DNA from: Squalus acanthias
Lineage: Eukaryota
Assembly: GCA_030390025.1 (NCBI GenBank)
Contig: CM059431.1
Span: forward strand, 118,980,001-119,044,000
Direction of reading: 5' to 3'
Length of the DNA: 64,000 bases
Under the pieces are notes generated by a model, which worked only from the letters and a program-made list of their open reading frames with translations, ran no database searches and was not told the DNA's origin. Positions 50,384 through 63,221 of the stretch are shown in pieces. The number at the start of each line of letters is the position of its first letter. Position 1 is the stretch's first letter. A program made the translations under genes and the position numbers.

Positions 50384-52315
50384 GGGCTGAATTTTGCCGG
50401 CGCTCAGAGGGCAGGTTCGGAGGCGGGTCCGCTGTCAAAATGGCAGTGATTGACAGCGGGGCGGAAGTCCGCTCTGAACCCGCCTCCTTGTTAATTTCCC
50501 AAGTGCCGGCTCTGCTTGCGGTTTGCCCACGGTAAGCGACAGGTCAGGTAATTGAGATACTTAAGAAGCTGCTTAAAGGTATTTAAGCAGCATTTGACCA
50601 AGTCCTCTCTGGGATTATCCAGGGCGAAATTCCGTCTGTAAAATCCCATTTTGTACTAATGATTTTTCATGTTTTTTACAAGGTTCCCAGCACTCGGGGA
50701 TCACGTCAGGTAAGTTCTCAATGACTCTGCATTGCTGTGAATAGTTGACAGCTGCAAAAGTGGTATAAAAGCTACCATTTCACAGCTGTTCAATTTCCAA
50801 ACTTAGAGGCTATTTTCCACTGGGTCTTAATGCCCACATTGTGGGCTAGATTTTTCCAATCTCAGTGGGTCCGGGGGCATGTGGTGATCCCGCATGTGTC
50901 TCGATCCCAGCCTCCAACAAGATTTTCTGTTGATGGGGCTTGTTAAGCCCGCCCTGCGAGGTTCCTGGCCAATTAACAGGAAGCTTCAGGATTTGGAACA
51001 CACTTTTCAGCTTTTTGAAGGTTTGAAGTGTTTGGAGCAAACTCGCTATCCAGTGTCACTTCCTTGGAGCAACCTTTCTCACCGTTGACAGATCGTTTCT
51101 GTCATCTCAACTTCAGCTACCATCTATTCCATCAGCATCGATGCCCTTGAAACTATCTCATCTTGGTCCTCAGAATCCCACCACGATCAGCCCCAACACC
51201 AACATCACCAGCAGCACCAACAACAGCACCAACCTTCTCCGCAATCACCTGATGCTGCACAAGACACACGGCATCAGCACCCAAGCACATTGCTGCCCGG
51301 GACACCAGGAATGGCCTCACCATGGCCAGATTTACTTCACTTGACGCTGTAGACCCTGGCTGTCACATGATGCTCCAGGTTGGTACCACCCCACACCAAC
51401 ACCATAAAGCATCCCTACAATGCCCATGCCATTCCTTTCACACTCATCACCATTGCGGGGGGTACCGTTATGTCTCACCATTCATTGCAACTCACTAAGC
51501 CACTTCCAAAGGTGCACACAGATCTGTCCAAGACTGGAAAGTGTTGAAAATAAAGATTTCAATGTTTGACAACACATTAACAGAAACTTTACATGGACAT
51601 TGGCGATAACACCCAACTGCCTACCCATGTGTGTTGTTAGTTGGTATGATTGGACAAGGATGAGGGTGAGTGTGAGGGGTGGAGGTGCAAGGTAAGTTGG
51701 TGTGAGTAAGGATGTGCAGGAGTAGGGTAGGGAAGGCAGAGTGATGGGGATGTGATGGGTGGCACAGCAGGATGAGGTTCAGTGTGGCTTTGCAGTAACA
51801 TTTCGTGATCTACTGAGATCATTGAAAGGCTTGCACCACTGCAGCCTGGTCCTCCTGACGACATCCCTGCTTGTGTCCTCCTGTGCAATGTGCAACCAGG
51901 CTGCGTTGGTCTCCTGGGGAGGTCTCTTCTGCCCATTGGAAGAGAAGAGAACCTCCCTTCATGCTGTGACTCCCTCCATAAGCATATAGAGGGAGTAATG
52001 GGAGAGTCTGGGTGCAGCTGTGCACTTCTGTGCAGCGCTTGTCAGTGTTTGCAGCACCTCAATGCTGTAGAACACTGACAGCAGAACTGTCAAAATGATT
52101 TTGGACTTGGCCCCTTTAAGGAAACCGGCTGATGACGCGTCATCAAATGACGTCATTAGACCCGCTTCCTATTGTCAGGGAACCTCGCAGGGCGGGCTTA
52201 GGAAGCCCCATCATCGAAAATCTTGTTGGAGTCCGGGATCGAGACTGATGTGAGGTCACCACATGCCACGGATGTCGCCCACCACGGACACGCTGAGGTT
52301 GGAAAAATCCTGCCC
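50384..52315. mobile_element. Internally deleted Harbinger, opposite orientation to 2349-6835
   Basis: Starts GGGCTGAATTTTGCCGGCGCTCAGAGG, identical to the reverse complement of the 6835 end. Transposase 5' remnant ~51130-51300 (+), Myb exon 1 remnant ~51800-52020 (-); ends AAAAATCCTGCCC; flanks ATA/AGA. Confidence 0.85.
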
Positions 52316-53196
52316 AGAATGTGGGCATTAAGACGCAGTGGAAAATAGCACGCGGTGGGTGGGATTTCTGTTGGGAGGGGGCAGTCAGGTGCTATGTTGA
52401 ATTCTGCCCATGCAAATTTTACCAGCGGAATCAAAAAGGCTGCCTGTAAAATTCACCTTCTGTAACAGACTGCTCTTTATATAACTACATTTTCACATGA
52501 CATATTATAGCTTCTATTATAGAATGGATAACTTATTATAGAACGGATCTACCAGTGTAGAACTAGATACCATCCAAATATACTGTACTGATTAAAGAAA
52601 ATTCAACTATTAAAAATCCAGTATAGCTTTCAAATGGGCTTGATGACCATTGTATATATTGAATGTCAGAGATCACTGTACAGCGATTGAACAGTTTACC
52701 TTTTAAGTCAAGTTTAACAATTAAAAAATGAGTTCATAATATCTTTCTAATTGCAGTACAGGACTGGTGTGCATAAAAGTACACTAATTATGTTTTTTTC
52801 TTACCAATTATCCTGATGCTCATGTTTCTAGAGTAAGATATGTCAATTCTAGCTGGATTTCAGCTTACAAGGCTTTGTAGACACAGCATGAGACTTTGCA
52901 GGAGGAGAGAACTGCCCCCTTACTATTTTATTTTTATCTTGATTTGTTTCTGTGCGATGATCCCAGGAGACCAATTATGGAGCTGCATTGACAAAGGGAG
53001 GTTGAGCTGTCCGCAGTCCTGACCACTTGGTGCCCCCTGGTGCTGCCTTTGGAAAGTAGAGGGCTGTTTGGCATCGAGCATTGTCCTGAATTAAATAAAG
53101 TGATTCATCCTATAGAAGAAAAAAGAAACCATACTCGACTCTTTAAACTAGCGAACAGTAACACTCGGCTCATTTTTTAACATCATAAAAAATAAT

Positions 53197-53766
53197 GGCG
53201 TAGAAATAGGACTTCATTGCACCGTTGTACGGGCATAAAACGAGCGCAATGAGGTCCAATTTCAGGGACCAACAACCAAGGATGCCTGAAAAACGCCCTT
53301 CCCGAAATTGGATCAGGCCATTTTGCAGGCATCCCTGTTGGGCACCTTAAATATGTAAATGAGTGGCCTAGTGTCTAATTTATGTCTCTTCAGAGAAATG
53401 TGATTGTGATGAGTGGGGCTGGCATTGGGCTTGTCCGGCTTGTCCGGCTCAGGATTACTAAGCAACGCAGCGGCAGCCAACTAAAGGTAAAACATTTTTT
53501 AAAAAATCTTGTGGATCCAAGAGAAGCAGGAATTCTTCCCTGTCTCCACAGTCATTACAATCATCCTTCCCCCCCCCCCCCCCCCCCCACCCTGTTGCCT
53601 GCCCCCACCCTCGCTCCTGGGACTTGACTTCAGGTCTCTGCTGGTGAGGCAAGCTGCTTGACATTCATACTCCTCAAATGCGCAAGGTTCCTGTGGAGGC
53701 GTGACAGGTGCTGGCAGCTTGCGCATAAAAGGTTACTGAGTTGCAAGGTCCAATATCACGACGGCC
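53197..53766. mobile_element. Probable non-autonomous Harbinger-like element
   Basis: AAT|GGCGTAGAAATAGGAC start; internal hairpin at ~53203-53263; GGTCCAATATC..GGCC near 53766; right end uncertain. Confidence 0.5.
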
Positions 53767-54586
53767 TCAGACCTCTTGGTTGGGGTGCATGTTGTCTGCA
53801 GTGCCGAGTCTGGACCCAAAGTTGGGCCCAGACACATTTATATCTCTTTATGCCTACGAAACAACTGTCAAATATTTCTGAGTATTTCCTGCATAGAACT
53901 TGACAATAACAGTATTCGACTAATTCTGGCGCATTTGGTCTACTATATAGTGGGGCTATAGTTTGTGAATTCACGGCTGGCCTAGATTCTCCACATAGTG
54001 GGTTCTCACTCTAGGCTGCCGTTGTGGAAAGTACCAAGTGGAGACTTGACCCTTTCCCGGAGTTAGAGAGGAACACTTGGAGGGAGAGTATCTTAAGGTT
54101 GCTGTTGCATACATGTTAGTGGCTGGTTATGAAGCAACACTGGTAGAGGTTTGGGAATGGATCCCTGTCCATCCATCAACTAGGGTATGATGGGTGTCAT
54201 TGAGAAATTTAGGGACAAAATTCTCATGTTGGATATTTTTCTGATGTTATATTGACGACCAAATACTATTTTACTGCATGGGTCGATATATTGATCTGTT
54301 GGGGATGGAGTTTCCAATGTTTACTTGCGACATTAGAAGTGGATTCAAGGTGTTGGAAAAACATCAATGTAGGTCATTAACTGGGATTGTTAATCTACTT
54401 TAAAGCACCTCAAGTCTTGAACAAATCCAACTAGAGCAAAGCAACACTGAAATCTGTATTCTGGAAGCTGCCGTCATCCTTTCAGATAAGAGACCTGATT
54501 GCCACCCATTTCAGTTAAAGGAATCTCCTGTGCCTAGCTGAATAATGTCATATACTGGTCTGGTTGATACTAGCTCACAGATATGC

Positions 54587-57500
54587 ATAGAAACATAGAA
54601 GATAGGAGCAGGAGTAGGCCATTCGGCCCCTCAAGCCTGCTCTGCCATTCGATGAGATCATGGCTGATCATCCAAACTCAGTACCCTGTCCCTGCCTTCT
54701 CCCCATATCCCTTGGTACCTTTAGCCTTAAGAAATATATCTAACTCCTTCTTGAATATATTTACTGACTTGGCCTCAACTGCCTTCTGTGGTAGAGAATT
54801 CCACAGGTTCACCACTCTCTGGGTGAAGAAATTCCTCCTCATCTCTGTCCTCAATGGCTTACCCCTTATCTTTAGACTGTGACCTCTTGTTCTGGACTCC
54901 CCCGCCATCAGGAAAATCCTTCCTGCATCGAGTCTGTCTAGTCCTGTTAGAATTTTATAAGTTTCAATGAGATCTCCTCTCATTCTTCTAAACTCCAGCG
55001 AGTATAAGCCCAATCGACCCAATCTCTCCTCATACGTCATTCCTGCCATCCCAGGTATCAGTCTGGTGAATCTTCACTGCACACCCTCTATGGCAAGAAC
55101 ATCCTTCCTCAGATAAGGCAACCAAAACTGCACACAATACACAAGGTGTGGTCTCACCAAGGCCCTGTACAGCTGCAGCAAGACATCCTTGTTTCTGTAC
55201 TCAAACCCTCTCACTACGAAGGCCAACATACCATTTGCCTTCTTAACCACCTGCTGTACCTGCATGCTTACCTTCAGCGACTGGTGCACAAGGACACCCA
55301 GGTCTCGTTGCACTTCCCCTTTTCCCAATCTATTGCCATTCAGATAATAATCTGCCTTTCTGTTTTTGCCACCAAAGTGGATAACCTCACATTTATCCAC
55401 ATTATTCTGCATCTGCCCAATCACCCAACCTATCCAAATCACACTGGAGTTTCTTGGCATCCTCCTCGCAGCACACATGCCCACCCAGCTTTGTGTCATC
55501 TGCAAACTTGGAGATATTACATCTCGTTCCCTCGTCTAGATCATTAATATATATAGTGAATAGCTTGGGTCCTAGGACCGATCCCTGTGGAACCCCACTA
55601 GTCACTGCCTGCCACTCGGAAAAAGACCCGTTTATTCCAACTCTTTGCTTCCTGTCTGCCAACCAGTTCTCTATCCAAGTCAGTACCTTGCCCCCAATCC
55701 CATGTGCCTTAACTTTACACGCAAATCTCTTATGCGGGACCTTATCGAAAGCCTTCTGAAAGTCCAAATACACCACATCCACTGGTTCTCCCTTATCTAT
55801 TCTATCAGTTACATCCTCAAAAAATTCCAGTAGATTAGTCAAGCACGATTTACCTTTTGTAATTCCATGTTGACTTTGTCCAATCCTGTCACTGTTTTCC
55901 AAGTGCTCTGCTATTACATCTTTTATAATGGACTCTAGCATTTTCCCCACAACCGATGTCAGGCTTACTGGTCTATAATTCCCCATTTTTTCTCTACCAC
56001 CTTTTTTGAACAGTGGGGTAACATTAGCTACCCTCCAATCCATGGGAACTGTTCCAGAGTTGATAGAATTTTGGAAGATGACCAGCAATGCATCTACTAT
56101 TTCTAGGGCTACTTCCTTAAGTACCCTAGGATGTAGATTATCAGGCCCTGGGGATTTATCGGCCTTTAATGCCGTCAATTTCCCTAACACCATTTCCCTA
56201 CAAATACTGATTTCATTCAGTTCCTCCCTCTCATTAGACCCTATGTTCCCCGACATCTCTGGGAGGTTATTTGTGTTCTCCTTTGTGAAGACGGAGCCAA
56301 AGTATGTATTTAATTGGTCTGCCATTTCTTTGTTCCCCATTATAAATTCCCCTGATTCTGACTGCAAGGGACCTACGTTTGACTTCAACAATCTTTTTCT
56401 CTTCACATACTTATAAAAGCTTTTACAGTCAGTTTTTATGTTCCCTGCAAGCTTACACTCGTACTCTATTTTCCCCCTCTTAATTAATCCCTTTGTCCTC
56501 CTTTGCTGAATCCTAAACTGCTCCCAATCCTCAGGTTTACTGCTTTTTCTGGCCAATTTATATGTCCTCTCCTTGGATCTTATGCTATCCCTGATTTCCC
56601 TTGTCGGCCATGGTTGAGTCACTTTTTTTGTTTTATTTTTATGCCAGACAGGGAAGAACAAATTCTGTAGTTCATCCATGCGATCTTTGAATGTTTGCCA
56701 TTGCCTATCCACCGTCAACCCTTTGAGTAACATTCCCCAATCTATCCTACCCAACTCGCGCCTCATACCATCGTAGTTTCCTTTATTTAAATTCAGGACC
56801 CAAGTCTCTGAGTCAACTATTTCATTCTCCATCTTAATGAAGAATTCTATCATATTACGATCGCTCCGCCCCAAGGGGCCCCACACAACAAGACTGCTAA
56901 TTAATCCTTTCTCGTTACACAATACCCAGTCTAAGATGGCCTGGTCTCTAGTTGGTTCCTCGACATATTGGTCCAGGAAACCATCCCGTATACACTCCAG
57001 GAATTCCTCCTCCACAGTATTGTTACTAATTTGGTTAGCCCAATCTATATGTAGATTAAAATCACCCATGATAACTGCTGTGCCCTTATTGCACGCATCG
57101 CTAATTTCCTGTTTAATGCCATCCCCAACCTCTGCATTACTGTTTGCGGATTTGTATACCACTCCCACTAACATTTTCTGCCACTTGGTATTTCTCAGTT
57201 CTACCCATACGGATTCCACATCATCAGAGCTAATATCCTTCCTTACAATTGTGTTAATCCCCTCTTTAAGCAGCAATGCTACCCCACCTCCTTTTCCTTT
57301 TTGCCTGTCTTTCCTGAATATCAAATACCCCTGGATGTTGAAATCCCAGCCTTGGTCACCCTGAAGCCATGTCTCCGTAATCCCAATCATATCATATCCG
57401 TTTACCTCTATTAGCGCAGCTAATTCATCCACCTTATTACGAATGCTCCTCGCATTAAGACATAAAGCCTTCAGGCTTGTTTTTTTAACACTCTTAGACA

Positions 57501-57810
57501 TTTTAGAATTATTATTTACTGTGGCCATGTTTGATTTAAACCCTTGATTTCTCTGACTGTCACCTTTGCTTTTCTCCTTCCTGTCTTTTGCTTCTATCCT
57601 TGTTTCCCTTTCCTCTGTCTCCCTGCTCAGGTTCCCAACCCCCTGCCATTTTAGTTTAAACCCTCCCCAGAGCACTAGCAAACACTCCCCCTAGACATTG
57701 GTCCCAGGCCCTGCCCAGGTGCAAACCGTCCAGTTTGTACTTGTCCCACCTCCCCCAGACCCGGTTCCAATGTCCCAGGAATTTGAACCCCTCCCTCTTA
57801 CACCATTCCT
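54587..57810 (-). mobile_element. Young CR1 LINE: 759-codon open stretch of ORF2 (APE endonuclease + RT) then frameshifts; 5'-truncated in ORF1
   Basis: [73 protein letters not shown]; catagaaa tail. Confidence 0.95.
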
Positions 57811-58718
57811 CATGCGTGAGAACAACCTAGCACCTATAGGAGGCATTATACTGACAATTACAGGATATATTCTCACTGCTGTTGGACACTGCCAACCACC
57901 ATTCCCATTGTGTAAACCTGCTGTTGTCCTACGTCTGAGCAGAAACTGCTCTTAATGAATAGAACACAAGCAAAGAAGTTTATACAAATTTGTTGCATAC
58001 TTTATGCAAGTGAAATATAAGTATACCATGTGTATTTTCTGGTCTTGTTCTGTTCTCACCCTTTTAGCGTGTACTTGAGATGATATCCTCTATCCTCCCT
58101 TTCTCGTAGAGAGAAGGTGACTGAACCAACTGTGGACCTTCAGATTGTTCATCTGAACTGGTGCAGAGATCAACTGCACATCCTGATGGTGGAGTAGCAG
58201 GACAAACAATGTTTGAATTGTTACGGAATAGGGCTTCGTGCCTCCCAGTGAGGTATGAGAAGAAACAGAGTGAAGGCTGCATGGCATCAGACACAAGCTA
58301 GTAGCACGAGTTCTTGTCGACTCTCTCTGCATTGCCCTACTTAGTCTATTGGTGATCGACAATTCCTTGTGGCTGCCATACATCTGTCTAAGGACAGCAA
58401 AATATCCATAATGTGAGCAAGAACCTTATTATTGCCTACATTCTACAACAAGAACAACTTGCATTTATATAGTACCTTTAACGTAGAATAAAGTTCCAAG
58501 GTACTTTATTCTCTCTAACAGATTATTTGATCCTAACTGTAGACCGTCCTGGGTTGCAGGTCCTATGTCAAAACTAATAGCAAACAAAGCAGCCATAAGA
58601 GTAGTGTGGAAAAATGATTCTATGTTCATTGCCTAGGTCCAGCACACTATGGATGTCACAGATGAAGGTTAATCTGAGATATGGAAATTCAGCTCAGAAA
58701 TAGACATCTTTGAGAAAT

Positions 58719-59461
58719 GGCGCAGAATTTGTAGGGATGATGGCGAACTGGCAGCGTTCGCCGTCATTCCGCCTTTGAAACTGACCTGCAATTTCGGGAT
58801 TTGGCGCAGGCGCATGCGGACATCTGAAGTTGCAGTCTGTCATTCACTGCTCCTCCACAGGCTGCGCCGTGCCTCTCCCCCACCCCCGACAGAGCCGGCA
58901 ATCACTGAAATCACTCAAATAAGGGAAACCAACGAAAACCTCGGCTCTTCCACAGTAATTAGGCTGTTAAGTTCCCCACTAAAAGTTAGACCCAAAGGGA
59001 TTAGGTGTAACTGGGGTATTAACAGCATATTGACTGCTAAGCAAAGGTTATGGGCCTGAAAAACTAATTTTAATTTTGTGCAGTTTTAAATTTATCCATT
59101 TTAATAAAAAATAACATTTTTAAGAAACTTAAAAAAAAATATAAAGTTTGTTCATCTTTATTTCAGGTTTGCCTTTTCCCCAATGTGAGAGCCCCAATCT
59201 TTGTTTTGCTCTCTGTAACATTTTTAAAAAGTTAGAATTTTAAGAGCTTACTCACATCCTGGTTCACTGTCTATGCGAATTCTGTGTTTTGATTGGCTGC
59301 TTAGACAGCTTGTTGATGTCACAGCAGCTCGCACAAGGGGATCCCCACTATACTCGGTTGATTTGAATTACGCATCGGAAAACCCAAACTTCTTGTGCGA
59401 AGTGTACTTCGGGGCCAGCGGTGAATGCCTTTGCTTCACCGCTGACTGCAAATTACAGGCC
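58719..59461. mobile_element. Non-autonomous Harbinger-type element
   Basis: TIRs GGCGCAGAATTTGTAG / CTGCAAATTACAGGCC; perfect AAT TSD. Confidence 0.82.
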
Positions 59462-59863
59462 AATGCTCATCCTCTGTGCCACCATAGTGTGTATGGTGGT
59501 ACAAGATTGTGCACATGCTGCTAGCATTCCACTATTTGATTTGATAAAAAGTAAAGAAAGAACTTATATTTGTATAGCCCTTTTCACATAGTCAGAACAT
59601 CCCAAAGCACTTCACAACCAATGAATTCATTTTGATATGTTGCCACCGTTGTTAAGTAGGCAAAGGCAGCAGCCAATTTGCATCCAGCAAGGTCCCACAA
59701 ACAGCAATGAGATAAATGATCAGCTAATCTGGTTGATGGATAAATGTTGACCAGGACACCAGGAGAACTCTCTTGTTATTCTTCAAATAGTACCACAGGA
59801 TTTTTTATGTCCACCTGAACAGGCAGAGAGGGCCTGTGTTTAATGTCTCATCTGAAAGATAAT

Positions 59864-62463
59864 GGCCACGAATTTAATAGAGGAGGCGGGTTGGAGTTGG
59901 GTTGCCTGGTGGGCAGGTTCTGGTCCTGCTTCCGGTTTCAGCCGCTCCCGATTTCAGATTTTCATTTAAGTGCCCTAATTAGTCCCGTTGTGCGCGCTGC
60001 CTGGTCCAATGAGTGGGAGCATGTCTGTTGCTCTCCACTGATGACGCCATTGCTGTAGTTTTTAAGGGGTCCATGTAGCCTCAGCCTCTCATTTCTCCTG
60101 TCTCCTGCTGTTTGAATGGGCCCAGGTTACAATGACTGCTGCCAAAGCCAAGGCTGCTCCAAGGTTCAATGAGGACTCCCTCCAAGCTCTTGTGGAGGGA
60201 GTAAGAGGGCGCAGGGAGATTCTGTTCCCTCCCGATGGCCAGAGGAAACCTCCTCAGCAAACACTAGTCAGTCTGGCTGCACATTGCTGAGGAGGTAAGT
60301 GCTAGGTCCTTATGTTCACGCACCTGGGTCCAGTGCCGAAAATGGTTGAATGATCTTCTGGGATCATCAATAGTGAGTATCCCATCACACTTACCTTCAA
60401 CCTGCTTCCCTTCTCTTCTCATCACTAGCAATCTGCTTTGTAAACCTGCTCCTCCACATCCCGCCTTACCCTTACTTCCCTTGCACCCTTTTTTATCCAT
60501 CTCTCTCTGTACTGAATCACTTCACCATCCTACTATGCACCCCTCACATTCACTCTCACTGTTATGCAATGACAACAACTAACAACGCACAGGGAGGCAG
60601 CTTCCTCTTGGCACCTCACTCTATCTTGGTCTCCCTCTAAGCTTCTATGTTATGGATTCTTCACAGTCACTCCATCACTGTCGCTGAAACTCCACTTGTG
60701 TCCCTCCAAGCTCTTGTGGAGGGAGTAAGAGGGCGCAGGGAGATTCTGTTCCCTCCCGATGGCCAGAGGAAACCTCCTCAGCAAACACTAGTCAGTCTGG
60801 CTGCACATTGCTGAGGAGGTAAGTGCTAGGTCCTTATGTTCACGGAAAAGATAGCCCACAATAAGAGGGAGAGAGCGAAGACAGGAGGAGGCCCACCATC
60901 CCTGGCGACATTGACAAGTGCTGAGGAGGCTGCTCATGAGATCGTTGGAGGTGGCGAGGAGCTGGAAGTGGGGGACGGAGAGACGGGCACAGGAGACGAA
61001 GCCGGTGACAGATGGATTTTCAACCCTCGCATTTAGATTTCATGATTGGCTGCAATGGCATATGGTGTTCATGGAGATTGACTTTTGATCATCTGCACAA
61101 TAGGATGTGTCTGCTACCTAAAAATTAGATGTCTAACTCATGCCTTTACCCTCCCACAGGATCATTGAGAGCCCCCTCCCCACTGTCCAGGAGGAAGAGC
61201 CGGACAACTCCTCAGAGGAACCTGCAGCCTCTGAGGGAGCAGCGTCACCAGGACTCAGCGCACCCAGCACCAGTGTAGAAATGCACACCTCGGCGGTGCC
61301 TTCGCGACATAAAGTAGTGTAGTCACCTGGTGTATCACAGCTCACAAGTGAGCATCAGCAGATGGTGGAGACAGGGATAGCAGTGGAGAGTCCTCGTTGG
61401 AGGTCGCAGGACGCTCCTAGCTCTGCTCAGCTGCATGTAGACACTGCGCCTCTGGGGCCATCCAGAAAGAGAGTTGTGCTGGAACTCCAGCAACAAGTGC
61501 AGGAGTCTCAGACGGGGTTTGCCTCCAGGGTAACTGCGAGTGTGCAGAGAATGGAGGAGTCCATCTCCAACATGAGCACTGTCTTGTGCAGGCAATGGCA
61601 CATGAGCGTGCCACCATGGAGAGGGTGGTAACCTCTATGGAGTTCATAAGTCGCCAGACTCAGGAGAACATGGTGACTCTTCAAAATAGATGGTCTGCTA
61701 TGAAGGATAGATGGGCATCTATTGAGGAGGTACATGGATGTCCCCATTATGAGGATTGTCAGTACAGAGAGGGGTCCTCATGGCCCCACTGATGTGCAGC
61801 AAGATGCTCTCCAGCCACTTGCTAGCACTGAAGTGTTGGTGGCGGACAACAAGGAAGTGTGGGCTTCTCTCCAAGCGCTCACATGACCATGCCACTGCGG
61901 AGTCCTCGGTCAGAGCCCCAGATTCCCATACCCAACTGAGATGGCCGTCTCAGCCCCTGCACAGCCGCAGGAAGAGCAGACTGTGGAGGAGCCCTCCCAG
62001 GCTCCCAAACCCAGAGGATGCCTGCCAAAGGCATCTAAGCAGGCACAGCATCAAAGTGAGTAAGGTGCCTCTACATCTGCTGAAGCCACAGGGGAAGCAC
62101 CACGTAGAAGCATGCATAAGAGGAAGTTAACACACAAATAGTCACAAGCGTAGTCACTTGGGTGTTTTGTTCTGTTGTAAAGTATCAATTGTCATCCTTT
62201 TGTGATGTGATTAAACAAAAGTGATGGCAAAGAGTTGAAGTTCTGGCCTATGTGTTCTGGGAAATGGAAGTTGCACAGTGAGGGCTCAGGGCGACTTGCA
62301 TTTATAATGATGGTGCTGAGAGTGTCGGGTCTGGTCTGGAGCTGTTGACCTGACTCTTGCCAAAGTAACGTGGAGGCGGGATAGAGGCAGGTTCGCAGCC
62401 CGCCATCAATTTTTCCGATTTTCGCTACCAATCTGGCTTCTGAGGTCTATTAAATTTGCGACC
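59864..62463. mobile_element. Harbinger derivative carrying only the Myb/SANT gene
   Basis: 17-bp TIR GGCCACGAATTTAATAG / CTATTAAATTTGCGACC; flanks AAT/AGT; interior collinear with ~2600-4700 but no transposase. Confidence 0.88.
60132..62130 (+). pseudogene. Harbinger Myb/SANT-like gene, frameshifted
   Basis: MTAAKAKAAPRFNEDSLQALVEGVRGRREILFPPDG...RTWVQCRKWLNDL; exon 2 EKIAHNKRERAKTGGG. Confidence 0.82.
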
Positions 62464-63221
62464 AGTATCTCCAATATCACAGCACTCTCAGTACTGCACT
62501 GAAGTAACACCACTGCACCAAGATTATGTGCTAAGTGCTGGAAGGGGGGCTGGAACACAGGATCTTCTGCCTCAGAAGTGCAAGTGCTATCACTGAGCCA
62601 AGTGACGACCCACTGATCTCTACACCTTTCTCTCAACTGTGAGCCTAGAATATCTGTAATCCCTCAGCCCTTTCAGTTAATGGAGGCCCTGCCTCCTCCA
62701 TGCTATGTGAGTGGTCTTGTGCTGATAACTCAGGAAGTTTTGGAGGTACAGGTGGTTCTGTGCCAGTGCTGGCTGATGGTTGTGTGTGTGTTTTATGGTG
62801 CAATGTGTGTTCTGGAGTGTGGCTGGTTCAGTTTGTTCTATCATGATAACAGAAGATTAGATACTGTGCAGGTGAGTGTCAGTACAAAGTATTCCTCATT
62901 GCTTATGTGTATCTGCTGCATGACAAATAATATTATCTATAAAGAATGCTACACATCACAGATTCCACTTTTTATCTGGTAAGATGCATGCCCATGCAAA
63001 AGATAAGAGAGGCACTCACCATTGTCACTGGAAGATACATTGCAACTCCACGGCAGCTTCTTTGGATAGTGATCTACTGTGGTCCAACATCAATAGTGAT
63101 TCTTTCCTTTTGATTGAAAGTTTGGTTTTCCTCTTGGCATCATAAAATCTCTTCCTCATCTTCTACAAGTGGTGAACATCATATTGACCCAGCTGGTGGT
63201 CTCCTTGCAGGTTTGCTTTAT

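Larger units (their letters stand above)
59550..62605 (-). mobile_element. Deu-domain SINE split in two (59550-59863 and 62464-62605) by a Harbinger
   Basis: The two halves are collinear with the SINE at 48243-48706. Confidence 0.78.
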
